From Mycobacterium leprae TN (GTDB lineage Bacteria > Actinomycetota > Actinomycetes > Mycobacteriales > Mycobacteriaceae): 32,000 nt of DNA. The notes below the pieces were generated by a model, which worked only from the letters and a program-made list of their open reading frames with translations, was not told where the DNA came from and did no database searches. This document shows, piece after piece, positions 1 to 10,113 of this stretch. Position 1 is the stretch's first letter; the number at the start of each line of letters is the position of its first letter. The stretch lies in NCBI RefSeq assembly GCF_000195855.1, contig NC_002677.1, positions 750,001-782,000 of the forward strand. Direction: 5' to 3'. Position numbers and translations under genes: made by a program.

Positions 1-250
1 TGACTCCGGTGTTGTTATCAGTTGCGGGCCTGGAGTTTTCGCGGATGCTTGGCGATTTCGGTTTGATGGTGCTGATTGATGGTCCGGTGACGAGGAAGAT
101 ATCAGTGTCATCGTAGTGGATTCCTGACCTTGATCGAGAATCACGACCGCACTGGTGCTACCGCAATATAGATTGCACTGCTGTCGATCTCGTGTGTCGT
201 GCTCTTTTTACTGCAGGTCGTAGGCGCGCATGAGGACTGATGCGAGGAGA
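1..250 (+). pseudogene. cysT: cysT-like sulfate ABC permease, degraded 3' remnant that runs off the window start
   Basis: One frame reads LSVAGLEFSRMLGDFGLMVLIDGPVTRKISVSS*. This resembles the conserved C-terminal permease motif (ARxLGEFGxVVLIxGNxPxKTEVxSV) but is degraded. It lies directly upstream of the cysW and cysA remnants. Confidence 0.45.
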
Positions 251-257
251 TAGCCAC

Positions 258-990
258 ATGGCGACATTGCCGCAAGTTAGCTATCTGATCCTGTATGTCG
301 CCTTTGCCTACATTGTTGTGCTACTGGTTATGACGTTTGCGCTGATCTTATGGCGGACCTTTGCACCGGGCTTCGGTCAATTCTACGCCTGAGTCAGCAC
401 GTCAGAGGAGGGATTGGCGCTGAACTTGTCGCTTCTGGTAGTGGACATCCCGGTTCCGCTGAACGTGGTTTTCGGAATTCCGACGACATTGGTTTTTTTA
501 TCAACATATTTCGACGAAAAGGTGCACTGCAGACGATCATCGATCTATTGTTAGCGGTCTCATCCGTCATAGTAGGTGTTGCACTGGTCGTGCTGTGGGG
601 ATCGTGCGGTGCGCTGGGCTTCGTGGAGAAAGGCTTGGAGTTAACGATCATCTTTGGCCTGTCCGGCATCGTGCTTGCTAGCGTCTTCGTCACCCTGCCG
701 TTTGTGGTACGCGAGGTTGAACCGATGCTGCACTAACTGGGGTCCGACCAAAACCAGGTTGCGGCAATACGAGGATCTAGCTGGTGGCAGAAATTCTAGC
801 GGATTATGCTACTCTTCAACCGGCGGCACGTAGCCTACGCCATTGTGTTAACCGTTGCCTGTACGTTGGGTGAATATGGTGCTTATGAGTTGTTAACTTT
901 GTTGATTACGGTATCCGCGGTGGTCTTTTGAGTATCCAGGTGGGTTTTGATTCCTGCCGGGTACGAGCAGGCAGAAACGTCTGACTAAGG
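258..990 (+). pseudogene. cysW: cysW-like sulfate ABC permease pseudogene
   Basis: The ATG at 258 is preceded by GGAGAT. The reading MATLPQVSYLILYVAFAYIVVLLVMTFALILWRTFAPGFGQFYA then hits a stop. Homology resumes in other frames (LNLSLLVV..PLNVVFGIPT; ALQTIIDLLLAVSSVIVGVALVVLWGSCGALGFVEKGLELTIIFGLSGIVLASVFVTLPFVVREVEPMLH). It is colinear with CysW but needs several frame changes. Confidence 0.7.
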
Positions 991-993
991 GAC

Positions 994-1900
994 GTGGAGA
1001 TGGCCGATGAAGGGACTGGCCAGGACACGCACAACGATCATCGTGCGCGAACGTCTACAAACTCTATGGCCACTTCGTGGCCTTGGGCCACGTGGCGTCA
1101 TCGTGCCCGCCAGTTTGCTGATGGCGTTGTTGGGGCCTAGCGGTTCGGGTAAGTTGACGCTGCTGCGCATCATCGCCGGCCTTGACCACCCGGACACCGA
1201 AACCATCACAATCACGGTCGCGACGTTACCCAGGTGCTGCCGCAACGCCGCGGCATCGTTTGACATTATGTTGTCTTTGAGCACATGACTGTGCGCGACA
1301 ATGTGGCCTAAGGGCTTGAGATTCGTAGGCGCCTTAAGGTCGATCTGGTGCTGGCTCGAGCCCTGGCGGTAGATTTGCAGGTGCTGCTGTTCGATGAGTT
1401 CTTGGGCGCATTGGACGCTGAGGTTCGCTAGGATCTGCGGGTTTGGATCCAGTGCCTGCATGACGATGTGCACGTCACCACAGTGCTTGGTTCCCAAGGA
1501 TCAGGCCTAGGATCTTGACAATGTCAAGCCCAGTTATGTGGCTAACGGCAGGGCTGGGCTGGCCTCGGGGATCGTTATGGATCGCTAGGACGAAGAATTT
1601 GTCGTCGCCTTGAACGACTTTAATGTCTATGCAGCCCGCTGATGAGGATGCTACCGATGAGAAGGACGGGTCCAGGGTTGAGGAAAATTTCCTGCGACAA
1701 CTTAAGGGAGAACACTGGCATTATCTGGGGTTTCTCCATCGGTGCGCGCTGGTTGGGCTCCCAGTTTGGATGCGCTAGCTTTTTCATCGACAGCTACAGC
1801 TTTTGCTCGATGCCCCGTTCGCTCTGGGCCTCCAGAGTTTTGGCCATATACTGGCCGCAGCATGGTCCGACCCCTGCCGTGACTGGCTTGGTGTAGCCTG
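994..1900 (+). pseudogene. cysA: cysA-like sulfate ABC transporter ATPase pseudogene
   Basis: A Walker A remnant reads [29 protein letters not shown]. It is followed, in shifted frames with stops, by [16 protein letters not shown] and [45 protein letters not shown]. The ABC signature region between them is missing. The 3' limit is uncertain. Confidence 0.7.
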
Positions 1901-2699
1901 GCTTACCGGGCAGTACCCGGCTTGGTTTACACCCTTTTGCCGGAGTAGCCCGACAAAATGTACTGTCATCAGGTGGCTTGGTCTGTACATTACTGCAAGC
2001 ATGGCAGGCCTGTAGGTGGTGAATGTCATGCTGATGGTGGTCAGTGTGGCCAGGCAAGTTGTATACTGTTTCTGCCGAGTACGGCGCGTAATAACCAGCG
2101 ACAGTCGCTACGTCCACTCTCCGCGTCCAACTCAAGCGGCTCAACAAACAAGTAGGCCAGTCTTCTGATGAGGAAGTTCAACACGAAGCCGAGCACCAAA
2201 AAGCCAGCGATGTTGTTGATTTCGCTAGGCTTGTCTTTGGCTAGTTCTTCGCATCCGTGCCGGCCGATGGCCAGCAAAAGATACATGGTGAAGCTCTGGT
2301 AGATCACATATGGAAATTCGAAGCTTATCCTTCTGGATGGGGATCAAAAACCCGCATTACATTAGAAGAACAGCATGGAGTGGCTTGAACAGGTTGTGGG
2401 TGAAGTTATCCCAAAATTCTTGAAACATTTGAGCGGCCCTCTTGTGTGTGCTTGCTACGGTGCTCACGGAAGCATCGAATGTTAGCCGGAGCTGACCTAG
2501 AACATCTAAGCAAATGTCGACACTTAGACTTGCTCAGGCTAATCCGCAGCTCGGTACACGCGCGGGCTTGTGAACTGGATTATGGATGTGCCCTGTAAGC
2601 CCTGATGCAAGGCGGCCGAGACAGTCAATAAGCATCGACGAGACAGTCTATTAGGTATCGACAGGACCACTATTGGGCGTTCGAAACCAACGAGGGTGC

Positions 2700-3290
2700 A
2701 CTTCGACGCAGCGTTTACAACGTATCACGGCTTGCCACCCCGATGGCAACACGGTTCGCGCCTAAACACGGTTTAGATCGGGGCGGTGTTCACGGTCTTT
2801 TTCGTCGCCGTCGTCCCACCTGCGGCTGGAGCGTTGAATCAACTGTCTAGGTCGGCTGCGCACCTACTGTCTGGCCAGCGCGGTATCGTTGGTTGGCCTA
2901 GGCCTCACGTTCATCCCGACGACACCGACTGTGATCGTTGACCTCGCTGTGTCTTGCACTGGCGTGTTCTGTTGAGCAATCCTGCGCGACCGGATATCCG
3001 GCTGAGGCCGGTGGTGCGGAGCGATCCAGTCGGGTTGGGTTGTATCTGACGTTCTACTACTTGTCTATTACCTGGGTGGGAGCGTTGGAACCATGGCGCT
3101 TGCGTCGCTCTACCGGTATGTAGTGGTGGTCAGCCTGCGTCGGTTTACTCGCCGTCGTGGTGCATCATCAGCATGGTCGTCGCGTGCGTCGCCTGGCGAC
3201 TGGAGCTGATACACCGAGTGATTGACCTGGACGCCGCTGGCGGTGGCGCAGGTTGTCTATGCGGCAGTATTCAGTGCCGACATCGCTTGC
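2700..3290 (+). pseudogene. probable MFS-type membrane transporter remnant
   Basis: Hydrophobic TM-like segments are spread over three frames (AVFTVFFVAVVPPAAGAL; LVGLGLTFIPTTP; GLYLTFYYL then YYLGGSVGTMALASLYRYVVVVSL). The FYYLGGSVG-type motif is typical of C-terminal MFS helices. No intact ORF remains. Confidence 0.3.
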
Positions 3291-3531
3291 CCAACGTAGG
3301 TTAACCAGGCCTGCTAGCAGAAGATAGAAGATCCTGAGTTGCTGCATAGCTTCGACACAGGTTGCCCGGCGAAGCCGAACCTAGCTCGGAGGTAGCATGG
3401 TCGCTCGAGATACGAAAGACCAGGAACAAGGTGTGCACCGGATGCATCATGTGCATCGTCCATGGAACACGTGAACGGCTTCATCAGTCTGTGACCGTCC
3501 GCCACAATGCATCCTAATCGAAGAGAAAGAG

Positions 3532-4035
3532 ATGACCATGAAATCCATCGCCACCTATGCAGCGCTGGCCATAATCGGAGCCGCCGTCGACGGCCTGACA
3601 TCGATGGCTATCCCGACGGGCCCGGCCGCGTCCCACATACAACCCGTTGCCTTCGGTGTGCCGCTGCCGCAAGATCCGGCACCGGCTGCGGATGTGCCGA
3701 CCGCAGCCGAATTGACCAGTTTGCTCAATAAAATTGTCGATCCTGATGTTTCGTTCATGCACAAGAGCCAGTTGGTCGAGGGCGGAATCGGTTCTGCGGA
3801 GGCTCATATTGGCGATCGCGAGTTGAAAAATGCGGCTCAGAAGGGTGAACTGCCGTTGTTGTTCAGTGTGACGAATATTCGACCGGGTACCAGTGGTTCA
3901 GCCACGGCTGACGTTTCCGTGTCGGGTCCGAAACTCAACCCGCCGGTCACGCAGAACATCACCTTCATCAATAAGGGCAGCTGGGTGCTGTCGCGCCACT
4001 CCGCGATGGAGCTGTTGCAGGCCGCGGGGCGTTGA
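3532..4035 (+). CDS. cfp2: secreted low-molecular-weight antigen, CFP-2/MTB12 (Rv2376c) homologue, intact
   Basis: The 167-aa ORF has an N-terminal signal-like segment ([19 protein letters not shown]). Long stretches match my memory of MTB12 ([85 protein letters not shown]). Confidence 0.88.
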   Translation: MTMKSIATYAALAIIGAAVDGLTSMAIPTGPAASHIQPVAFGVPLPQDPAPAADVPTAAELTSLLNKIVDPDVSFMHKSQLVEGGIGSAEAHIGDRELKNAAQKGELPLLFSVTNIRPGTSGSATADVSVSGPKLNPPVTQNITFINKGSWVLSRHSAMELLQAAGR

Positions 4036-4080
4036 GCACCGCGGATCCCGTCACTGTCTGCGCTTTACCGATTCAAGGCT

Positions 4081-4950
4081 CTACAGGTTGAGTTTGTTGA
4101 TCTGATGCGGATCGGCCAGTACTTCGATCGCGGTGATCCGTCCGTCGCGTGTAATGAACCCCATGATCGTTGTTGCTTGACCGGCTACGTAAATGACCGT
4201 GCTTACGGTGCCTTTGACGGTTGCAGTGCGCACTTCGCGTTCCGGCAGCGTGTAGCTGCGGGCCAGTTTGGCGACTGAGGACACACCCTGGACAGCACGG
4301 GTCTGGCGGCGCCGGGTACGACATTACCGCGCAGCACTACGTCGGGATGCAGCACCGACACCAATCGGGCGAAGTCGCCGCTACGCCAGGCTGCGCAGGA
4401 ACGCGTCGACTGCTTCGCATTGCGCGGCTATGGTTTTCGTCAGGAACCGGAATCGGTGTGCTAGATGCGTCGGTGCACAACTGTTCAGCTTGCAGGTTGT
4501 CTCCGGGGTCCGATCCCCAATGGGATCTGTTCGAACTGTACGGCGAAGAATGTCGTGCAAGACGAACGCCAACCGCTCCGCCGGCTGCAACGTATACAGC
4601 ACCACCAACAGCGCCAGCCCCACCGCATTTGATCAGCTATTTGCCCGATGTTCGGTGTCGAATTCACCCACTGGATCCACCACCGGATCTGTTATATGTG
4701 AGGCCAGTCCTGGTGATCGCGACCGACAGTCGCAGCGATCTAGGCAAATGCGGGCCACCACGGTGGTCAGCCAAGTTCCTAGATTGACGATGGTCGGCGC
4801 GTGGGCTCCTCGGTGCTGCTCAGCCGTAGCCACGCTTCCTTCTTCACGGCGTCTTGAGCGTAAATCGAGCCCAGCATGCGGTATTCGAGGGCGCCCGACT
4901 GGCGGTTAGGGCTTCGCGTCGAAGCGCGCCGTCAAGGGAGTTTCGGACGC
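4081..4950 (-). pseudogene. ECF sigma-70 family factor (SigJ/SigI-like, with C-terminal SnoaL-like domain) pseudogene
   Basis: Three minus-strand ORF fragments in different frames are colinear with an ECF sigma factor. Region 2 reads ALEYRMLGSIYAQDAVKKEAWLRLS and NLGTWLTTVVARICLD. Region 4 reads LQPAERLAFVLHDIL...DRTPETTCKL. The C-terminal domain reads IMGFITRDGRITAIEVLADPHQINKLNL. Confidence 0.7.
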
Positions 4951-5568
4951 ATCCACAATACATGTGCCGCCGGCATCCGGCTGCTGGCTGGTGTAGGGGA
5001 GCGCGCAGACTCGGCCGGTGGAAAAGCCGAATGACCCGATGCTGTGAAGTGGGCACGCAGGTTGCCCAGCGTGATGATGTGGGTCAGTATCACCAGCTGG
5101 GCGGTTTTGCAGTGGGGGCGTAGCTTATCTAAAAATTCGTAGCTCACTCCGACCGGGATGTAGCTAATCGCGGTGGTGTATTCCAAGATCGGTTTGTCGA
5201 CGTCGGAGAAGCGGGAGGCGTGCTGGTAATCGGCCATCGCCAGCAGTTCTTCGTCGGTGATCCTCTATTCGCGGACGATCTGCGAACTCAAGTCGATGCA
5301 GAATTCGCAGTGAACCGTTGTCGATGCCTTCCGGTTAGGCCAGTGTGCGGTAGCGCGGATGGAGAACACCCAGTTTCGATTAGGCCTGCGTTAGCCTGCT
5401 TTAGGCATTCAATAGACTTGATATATACTGCGTATAATCTGCAGCGATTGTATCATGTTGGCAGTTTCCAGACCAGCCGTCTGCGGCCAGCTTCCGCTTA
5501 GTGAAGAAAAAGGCGATTTTGGCGCTTAGGCCGGCGTCGTGGTCGGCGACTTCGATTGGCCGGGACAT
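4932..5568 (-). pseudogene. carboxymuconolactone decarboxylase / AhpD-like family pseudogene
   Basis: The minus-strand ATG at 5568 is preceded by AGGAAG. The N-terminus MSRPIEVADHDAGLSAKIAFFFTKRKL then decays with stops. CEFCIDLSSQIVRE* is followed by ITDEELLAMADYQHASRFSDVDKPILEYTTAI and AQLVILTHIITLGNLRAHF, a typical CMD-family layout. Confidence 0.6.
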
Positions 5569-5599
5569 GGCGATCTTCCTGACATAGGGCTAAGACTTT

Positions 5600-6262
5600 G
5601 TCTTCACTTAGTCGACACCTGGTGGCCGCGAAACGTGACCGGTTTACCCATGCGCTCGGGCCTTAAGTCCGTCTTCCCATCGGCACGTTCATGTCAAAGC
5701 CCCGCGCATGTAGCAACGTGCGATTGTGTAGTGCGGCGTGCACTGCCCAATGTAGGCCATCCTCGCGATAAATGCCTCCCCTGCCACCTCACCGTATGCG
5801 GGAAAGGTTGCCATAGAACGTGGAATCTTCCGACAGTAAGAGGTCGAACGCGAAAACGGTCGTGGTGGTAGCCAAATTCGTCGAGCCTAAAATCTGCTAC
5901 AATTGGATTTTTGTCCAGTTCCGGTAGCATAGCCCATGCTCGGGGGGGGTATGGTTTGCCGTGTCTGGCGCCTTTGAAGATCATCCATGCAACTTTGTTG
6001 ACGCGTCGCTCAAGATCGACTGGGTCATGAGCCCAGGTTAGCCGGAAAATCCCGGGCCTAATAGGTCGCACCCTGGCTGCACGGAGGGCTGCCGACAATT
6101 TTGTCTGTTCCAAGACAAAACATCGATCATGAACTTAGCGTTCAGGTTGGTGGGGCAACTGGCTCAGGCGCATCGAGTTAGGTCGATTTAAGATAACCGC
6201 CGTTGCGGGTCGGTGGTCATCGCTGACGACAGTTTCTTTAATCGGCTGATCAAGACGCCGAT
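5600..6262 (-). pseudogene. possible enoyl-CoA hydratase/isomerase (crotonase) family pseudogene
   Basis: The minus strand reads ETVVSDDHRPATAVILNRPNSMR (crotonase N-terminal xxTLNRPExxNA pattern), then LSAALRAA..IRPGIFRLT. After a C8 run, a shifted frame reads KPYPPPSMGYATGTGQ (compare KPxIAAxNGyAxGGG). The evidence is fragmentary. Confidence 0.35.
5942..5949. repeat. G8/C8 homopolymer tract
   Basis: cGGGGGGGGt was read directly. It lies at the point where the crotonase-like reading frame appears to switch. Confidence 0.9.
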
Positions 6263-6769
6263 CTGTGGTGGTGTTGCAAACATGGGTCCGGTATTCTGTA
6301 GCATCACTGAATTCTTCCAGCGGGTTCGCAGGTGTTGGTGAATTCTTCGTGTAGTGACAGCAGGATGTCCATCTGGGTTGTGTGAGTGTGCAGCGGTACG
6401 GTGGGTGATGTCCAGATATCCTAACGCTCACTCGGTGGACTTGTTGTTTTGCCAGGTCATCAAGACTTGGCTTAGCGGATGGTGGGCCGGCGCTGGGGTG
6501 GGCGTGAGCCATACCAACAACTTTTCGGCGATCCGAGTCAACGAACAAGTTCAGTCTTTGACCTTCATGATCATCTAGGATTGCCCATCCAATCTCCAAG
6601 GCCCACCATGCTGGGGGCGTCGAGCTGGCATTTCGTTTGGTCCTTTCGATCGCAAGGCCAGCCTCTAAGCGGCTTGGGTGGGGGTGGTACCACCGCCCGA
6701 CGGCCGCTCATGGCGGCCAGCGCCATTGTGAGAACGTAAAATGAACGCGACTAAGGAGGTGGACTGGCG

Positions 6770-7801
6770 GTGGGGAATGCCGACGAGCGTCGCTTTGAGG
6801 TGCTGCGCGCCATTGTAGCCGACTTCGTCGCCACCAAGGAACCGATCGGATCGAGGGCTTTGGTGGAGCGTCACAACTTAGGCGTGTCCAGCGCAACCAT
6901 CCGCAACGACATGGCGGTGTTAGAGGCCGAGGGGTACATCACTCAGCCGCATACCAGCTCCGGGCGAGTGCCCACGGAGAAGGGCTATCGCGAGTTTGTT
7001 GATCGACTCGAAGACGTTAAGCCGCTATCAGCGGCCGAGCGGCGGGCGATCCAAAGCTTTCTGGAGTCCGGTGTCGACCTCGACGACGTGCTACGCCGCG
7101 CTGTGCGACTATTGGCTCAGCTGACCTGTCAGGTGGCCGTGGTGCAGTACCCCACCTTGTCGACGTCGACCGTTCGCCATCTGGAAGTAATCGCGCTGAG
7201 CCCGGCCAGGTTGCTGATGGTGGTTATCACCGAGTCCGGTCGGGTGGATCAGCGCATCGCCGAACTCGGCGATGTTATCGACGATTACCAGCTCTCCCAG
7301 CTGCGTGAAATGCTCAGCCAGGCAATGGGAGGCAAGAAACTGTCGGCGGCCTCGGCCGCGGTAGCCGACCTCGTCGGACGGTTTCGGGGTACGGGCGGGT
7401 TGGCCAATGCCGTCGGCCGCTCGGCGAACGTATTGCTGGAATCGCTAGTCGAACACACCGAAGAACGCTTGTTGCTGGGTGGCACTGCCAACCTGACCCG
7501 CAACTCTGCGGACTTCGGTGGTTCACTGCGATCCATCTTGGAAGCCCTCGAAGAACAGGTGGTGGTGCTGCGACTGCTGGCCGCCCAACAGGAGGCTGGC
7601 AAGGTGACTGTGCGTATTGGTCACGAAACGGCGGCTGAGCAAATAATGGGTACCTCGATGGTGTCCACCGCCTACGGTACCTCGGGTACCGTCTACGGCG
7701 GCATGGGTGTGTTGGGGCCTACCCGGATGGATTATCCGGGAACTATCGCCAGTGTCGCTGCGGTTGCTTTGTATATCGGCGAAGTTTTGGGTGCTCGGTG
7801 A
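6770..7801 (+). CDS. hrcA: heat-inducible transcription repressor HrcA
   Basis: The 343-aa ORF has a GTG start 10 nt after AAGGAGG (6753-6759). The N-terminus [77 protein letters not shown] is near-identical to mycobacterial HrcA. Confidence 0.95.
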   Translation: MGNADERRFEVLRAIVADFVATKEPIGSRALVERHNLGVSSATIRNDMAVLEAEGYITQPHTSSGRVPTEKGYREFVDRLEDVKPLSAAERRAIQSFLESGVDLDDVLRRAVRLLAQLTCQVAVVQYPTLSTSTVRHLEVIALSPARLLMVVITESGRVDQRIAELGDVIDDYQLSQLREMLSQAMGGKKLSAASAAVADLVGRFRGTGGLANAVGRSANVLLESLVEHTEERLLLGGTANLTRNSADFGGSLRSILEALEEQVVVLRLLAAQQEAGKVTVRIGHETAAEQIMGTSMVSTAYGTSGTVYGGMGVLGPTRMDYPGTIASVAAVALYIGEVLGAR

Positions 7802-7872
7802 ACACGCACCCGCTACGGAATCTGTGGACAGCCGCTTAGAAGCGGCATAAGACGCTGCTAGGAGAGTTAGGC

Positions 7873-9009
7873 GTGGCACGCGATTATTACGGGCTGCTCG
7901 GCGTGAGCAGGAATGCCAGCGATGCGGACATCAAGCGTGCCTATCGCAAGCTAGCGCGCGAACTGCATCCCGACATCAATCCCGATGAGGCCGCGCAGGC
8001 GAAATTCAAGGAAATCAGCATGGCTTACGAGGTGCTGAGCGACCCGGAGAAGCGTCGGATCGTCGATTTGGGCGGGGATCCGATGGAAAACGCCGCAGCA
8101 TCTCCGTCAGGGTTCGGTGGCTTTGGTGGCTTAGGTGATGTATTCGAAGCCTTCTTTGGCGGGAGTTCGGCATCACGTGGTCCCATCGGCCGGGTGCGGC
8201 CGGGCTCGGACTCGTTGTTGCCGATGTGGCTCGACCTTGAAGAGTGCGCAACCGGTGTCACCAAGCAGGTCACCGTTGACACTGCAGTGCTATGTGACCG
8301 ATGCCAGGGCAAGGGCACCAACGGTGATTCTGCGCCGATACCCTGCGACACATGCGGGGGTCGCGGGGAGGTGCAGACCGTGCAGCGTTCACTGCTAGGT
8401 CAGATGGTGACCGCGCGGCCATGTCCCACCTGCCGGGGTGTTGGGGTCGTAATCCCCGACCCGTGCTGCCAATGCGTTGGCGACGGTAGGGTGCGCGCCC
8501 GTCGGGAGATCACCGTCAAGATCCCCTCCGGTGTTGGCGACGGGATGCGGGTCCGACTTGCCGCCCAGGGTGAGGTTGGGCCCGGGGGAGGGCCAGCAGG
8601 CGACTTGTATGTCGAGGTCCACGAGCAGGCCCACGACATCTTTGTGCGCGACGGAGACGATCTGCACTGCACAGTTTCGGTGCCGATGGTCGATGCGGCT
8701 CTAGGCACCACGATCACCGTAGATGCCATCTTGGATGGTATGAGTGAGATCGATATTTCGCCGGGGACCCAACCGGGTTCGGTCATCGAACTGCGTGGCC
8801 AAGGGATGCCGCACTTGCGTTCCAACACGCGGGGCAATTTGCATGTTCACGTCGAGGTGATGGTCCCCACTCGGCTGGACCAGCATGACACCGAACTGCT
8901 ACGCGAACTGAAGCGCCGTCGCAGCCGTGACGTGGCCGAGGTTCGTTCGACGCATGCGGCCGGCGGCGGACTGTTCAGCCGGCTGCGCGAGACCTTTACC
9001 AATCGTTAG
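7873..9009 (+). CDS. dnaJ2: chaperone DnaJ2
   Basis: The 378-aa ORF has a J-domain ([30 protein letters not shown]), a G/F-rich linker and four CxxCxGxG zinc-finger repeats ([32 protein letters not shown]). Confidence 0.95.
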   Translation: MARDYYGLLGVSRNASDADIKRAYRKLARELHPDINPDEAAQAKFKEISMAYEVLSDPEKRRIVDLGGDPMENAAASPSGFGGFGGLGDVFEAFFGGSSASRGPIGRVRPGSDSLLPMWLDLEECATGVTKQVTVDTAVLCDRCQGKGTNGDSAPIPCDTCGGRGEVQTVQRSLLGQMVTARPCPTCRGVGVVIPDPCCQCVGDGRVRARREITVKIPSGVGDGMRVRLAAQGEVGPGGGPAGDLYVEVHEQAHDIFVRDGDDLHCTVSVPMVDAALGTTITVDAILDGMSEIDISPGTQPGSVIELRGQGMPHLRSNTRGNLHVHVEVMVPTRLDQHDTELLRELKRRRSRDVAEVRSTHAAGGGLFSRLRETFTNR

Positions 9010-9040
9010 CACGGTTTTAACGGTTTTAGGGGCTCCACAT

Positions 9041-9814
9041 GTGGTGAGCACATTGTTCTACGTCGACGCATTGCCCGATACCGGTACGGTAGCTGTGGTG
9101 GGTGGCGACGAAGGGTTTCACGCGGTCACGGTGCGTCGGATCCGTCCCGGCGAGGAGCTGGTGCTCGGTGACGGTGTCGGTGGCCTTGCTCACTGCTTGG
9201 TCGAACGGGCCGGGCGCGATGGGCTATATGCCCGGGTGCTGGGGCACTGGACCGTAGCGCCGGGGCTACCGCCGGCGACTGTGGTGCAGGCGTTGCCCAA
9301 GGCTGAACGCTCAGAGTTGGCTATCGAAATGGCCACCGAGGCCGGTGCCGATGCGTTCGTGGCGTGGCAGTCTGATCGTTGCGTGGCCAGCTGGTACGGG
9401 GTCCGGGTGGACAAGGGTCTGCGCCGGTGGCGTGCGGTAGCCCGCGCGGCAGCTCGGCAGTCTCGCCGGGCGCACATACCTTCGGTCGATGGGGTGTTGA
9501 CCACTGCGGCGCTGCTACAGCGGATCCGGGATGAGGTAGCCGCCGGTGCCACTGTGCTGGCTTTGCACGAGTCGGCGACCGATCGGTTGTCCGATGTCTT
9601 TGCGGATATCTCTGTGGCGCAAGCAAACTCGCTAGTGTTGTTGGTCGGTCCCGAAGGAGGTATCGCGCCGGACGAGATTGCCGCATTGACTGAGGCGGGC
9701 GCCGTCGCGGTCCGGCTCGGTCCCACCGTGCTGCGGTCATCGACCGCGGCTGCGGTGGCATTGGGCGCGTTAGGCGTGCTCACTTCCCGGTGGGATGCTT
9801 CATCGATTCTGTAA
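9041..9814 (+). CDS. rsmE: 16S rRNA (uracil1498-N3)-methyltransferase RsmE (Rv2372c-like)
   Basis: The ORF frame is open from 8927 but overlaps dnaJ2. GTG at 9041 or 9044 gives [14 protein letters not shown]..., about 257 aa, the expected family size. [11 protein letters not shown] motif sits near the C-terminus. Confidence 0.85.
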   Translation: MVSTLFYVDALPDTGTVAVVGGDEGFHAVTVRRIRPGEELVLGDGVGGLAHCLVERAGRDGLYARVLGHWTVAPGLPPATVVQALPKAERSELAIEMATEAGADAFVAWQSDRCVASWYGVRVDKGLRRWRAVARAAARQSRRAHIPSVDGVLTTAALLQRIRDEVAAGATVLALHESATDRLSDVFADISVAQANSLVLLVGPEGGIAPDEIAALTEAGAVAVRLGPTVLRSSTAAAVALGALGVLTSRWDASSIL

Positions 9815-10113
9815 TCCAAGTCACGTTTCTACCGCGTCGTTACAGTCTCACGAAGTACGAATAGGGGGCTCAAGCGATGACCAGCAGCTGCGATCAGGGG
9901 TGTTTGCTGGTGCAGGTCGGGAGCTGCGGTTTACGGCGACTTACTGCCGGTCGCTAGCACCGCCCAGACTCACTAGGTGCTGGACAAGGACCTGCCAGCG
10001 AATACGCTGATGAACAGCTGACGAACTAGGGCCCCTAGCGTAGGCTAAAATATTGGCACGACCCGTGTTGACACGCTCTTGTACAGGCCAAGAAAGCAGG
10101 CATCGGTAACCAC

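Noticed and set aside
4221-4909. 188-aa and 213-aa plus-strand ORFs
   Set aside because: They lie opposite the ECF sigma pseudogene, whose minus-strand fragments carry clear sigma-70 motifs. The plus-strand translations are Arg/Pro-rich nonsense.
6600-6769. Search for a CIRCE operator (TTAGCACTC-N9-GAGTGCTAA) upstream of hrcA-dnaJ2
   Set aside because: No match or near-match was seen by eye. Only a TAAAAT hexamer (6737-6742) and a strong SD are present, which is too weak to call a promoter confidently.
8927-9040. 5' extensions of ORFs in the track: rsmE from 8927, recO from 15776, the ABC1 gene up to 23537, uvrD2 from 19088
   Set aside because: The extensions overlap upstream genes or pseudogenes and exceed the family-typical lengths. 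Internal starts give N-termini matching the orthologues.
9190-9819. 209-aa and 146-aa minus-strand ORFs
   Set aside because: They are antisense to rsmE and show no family resemblance.
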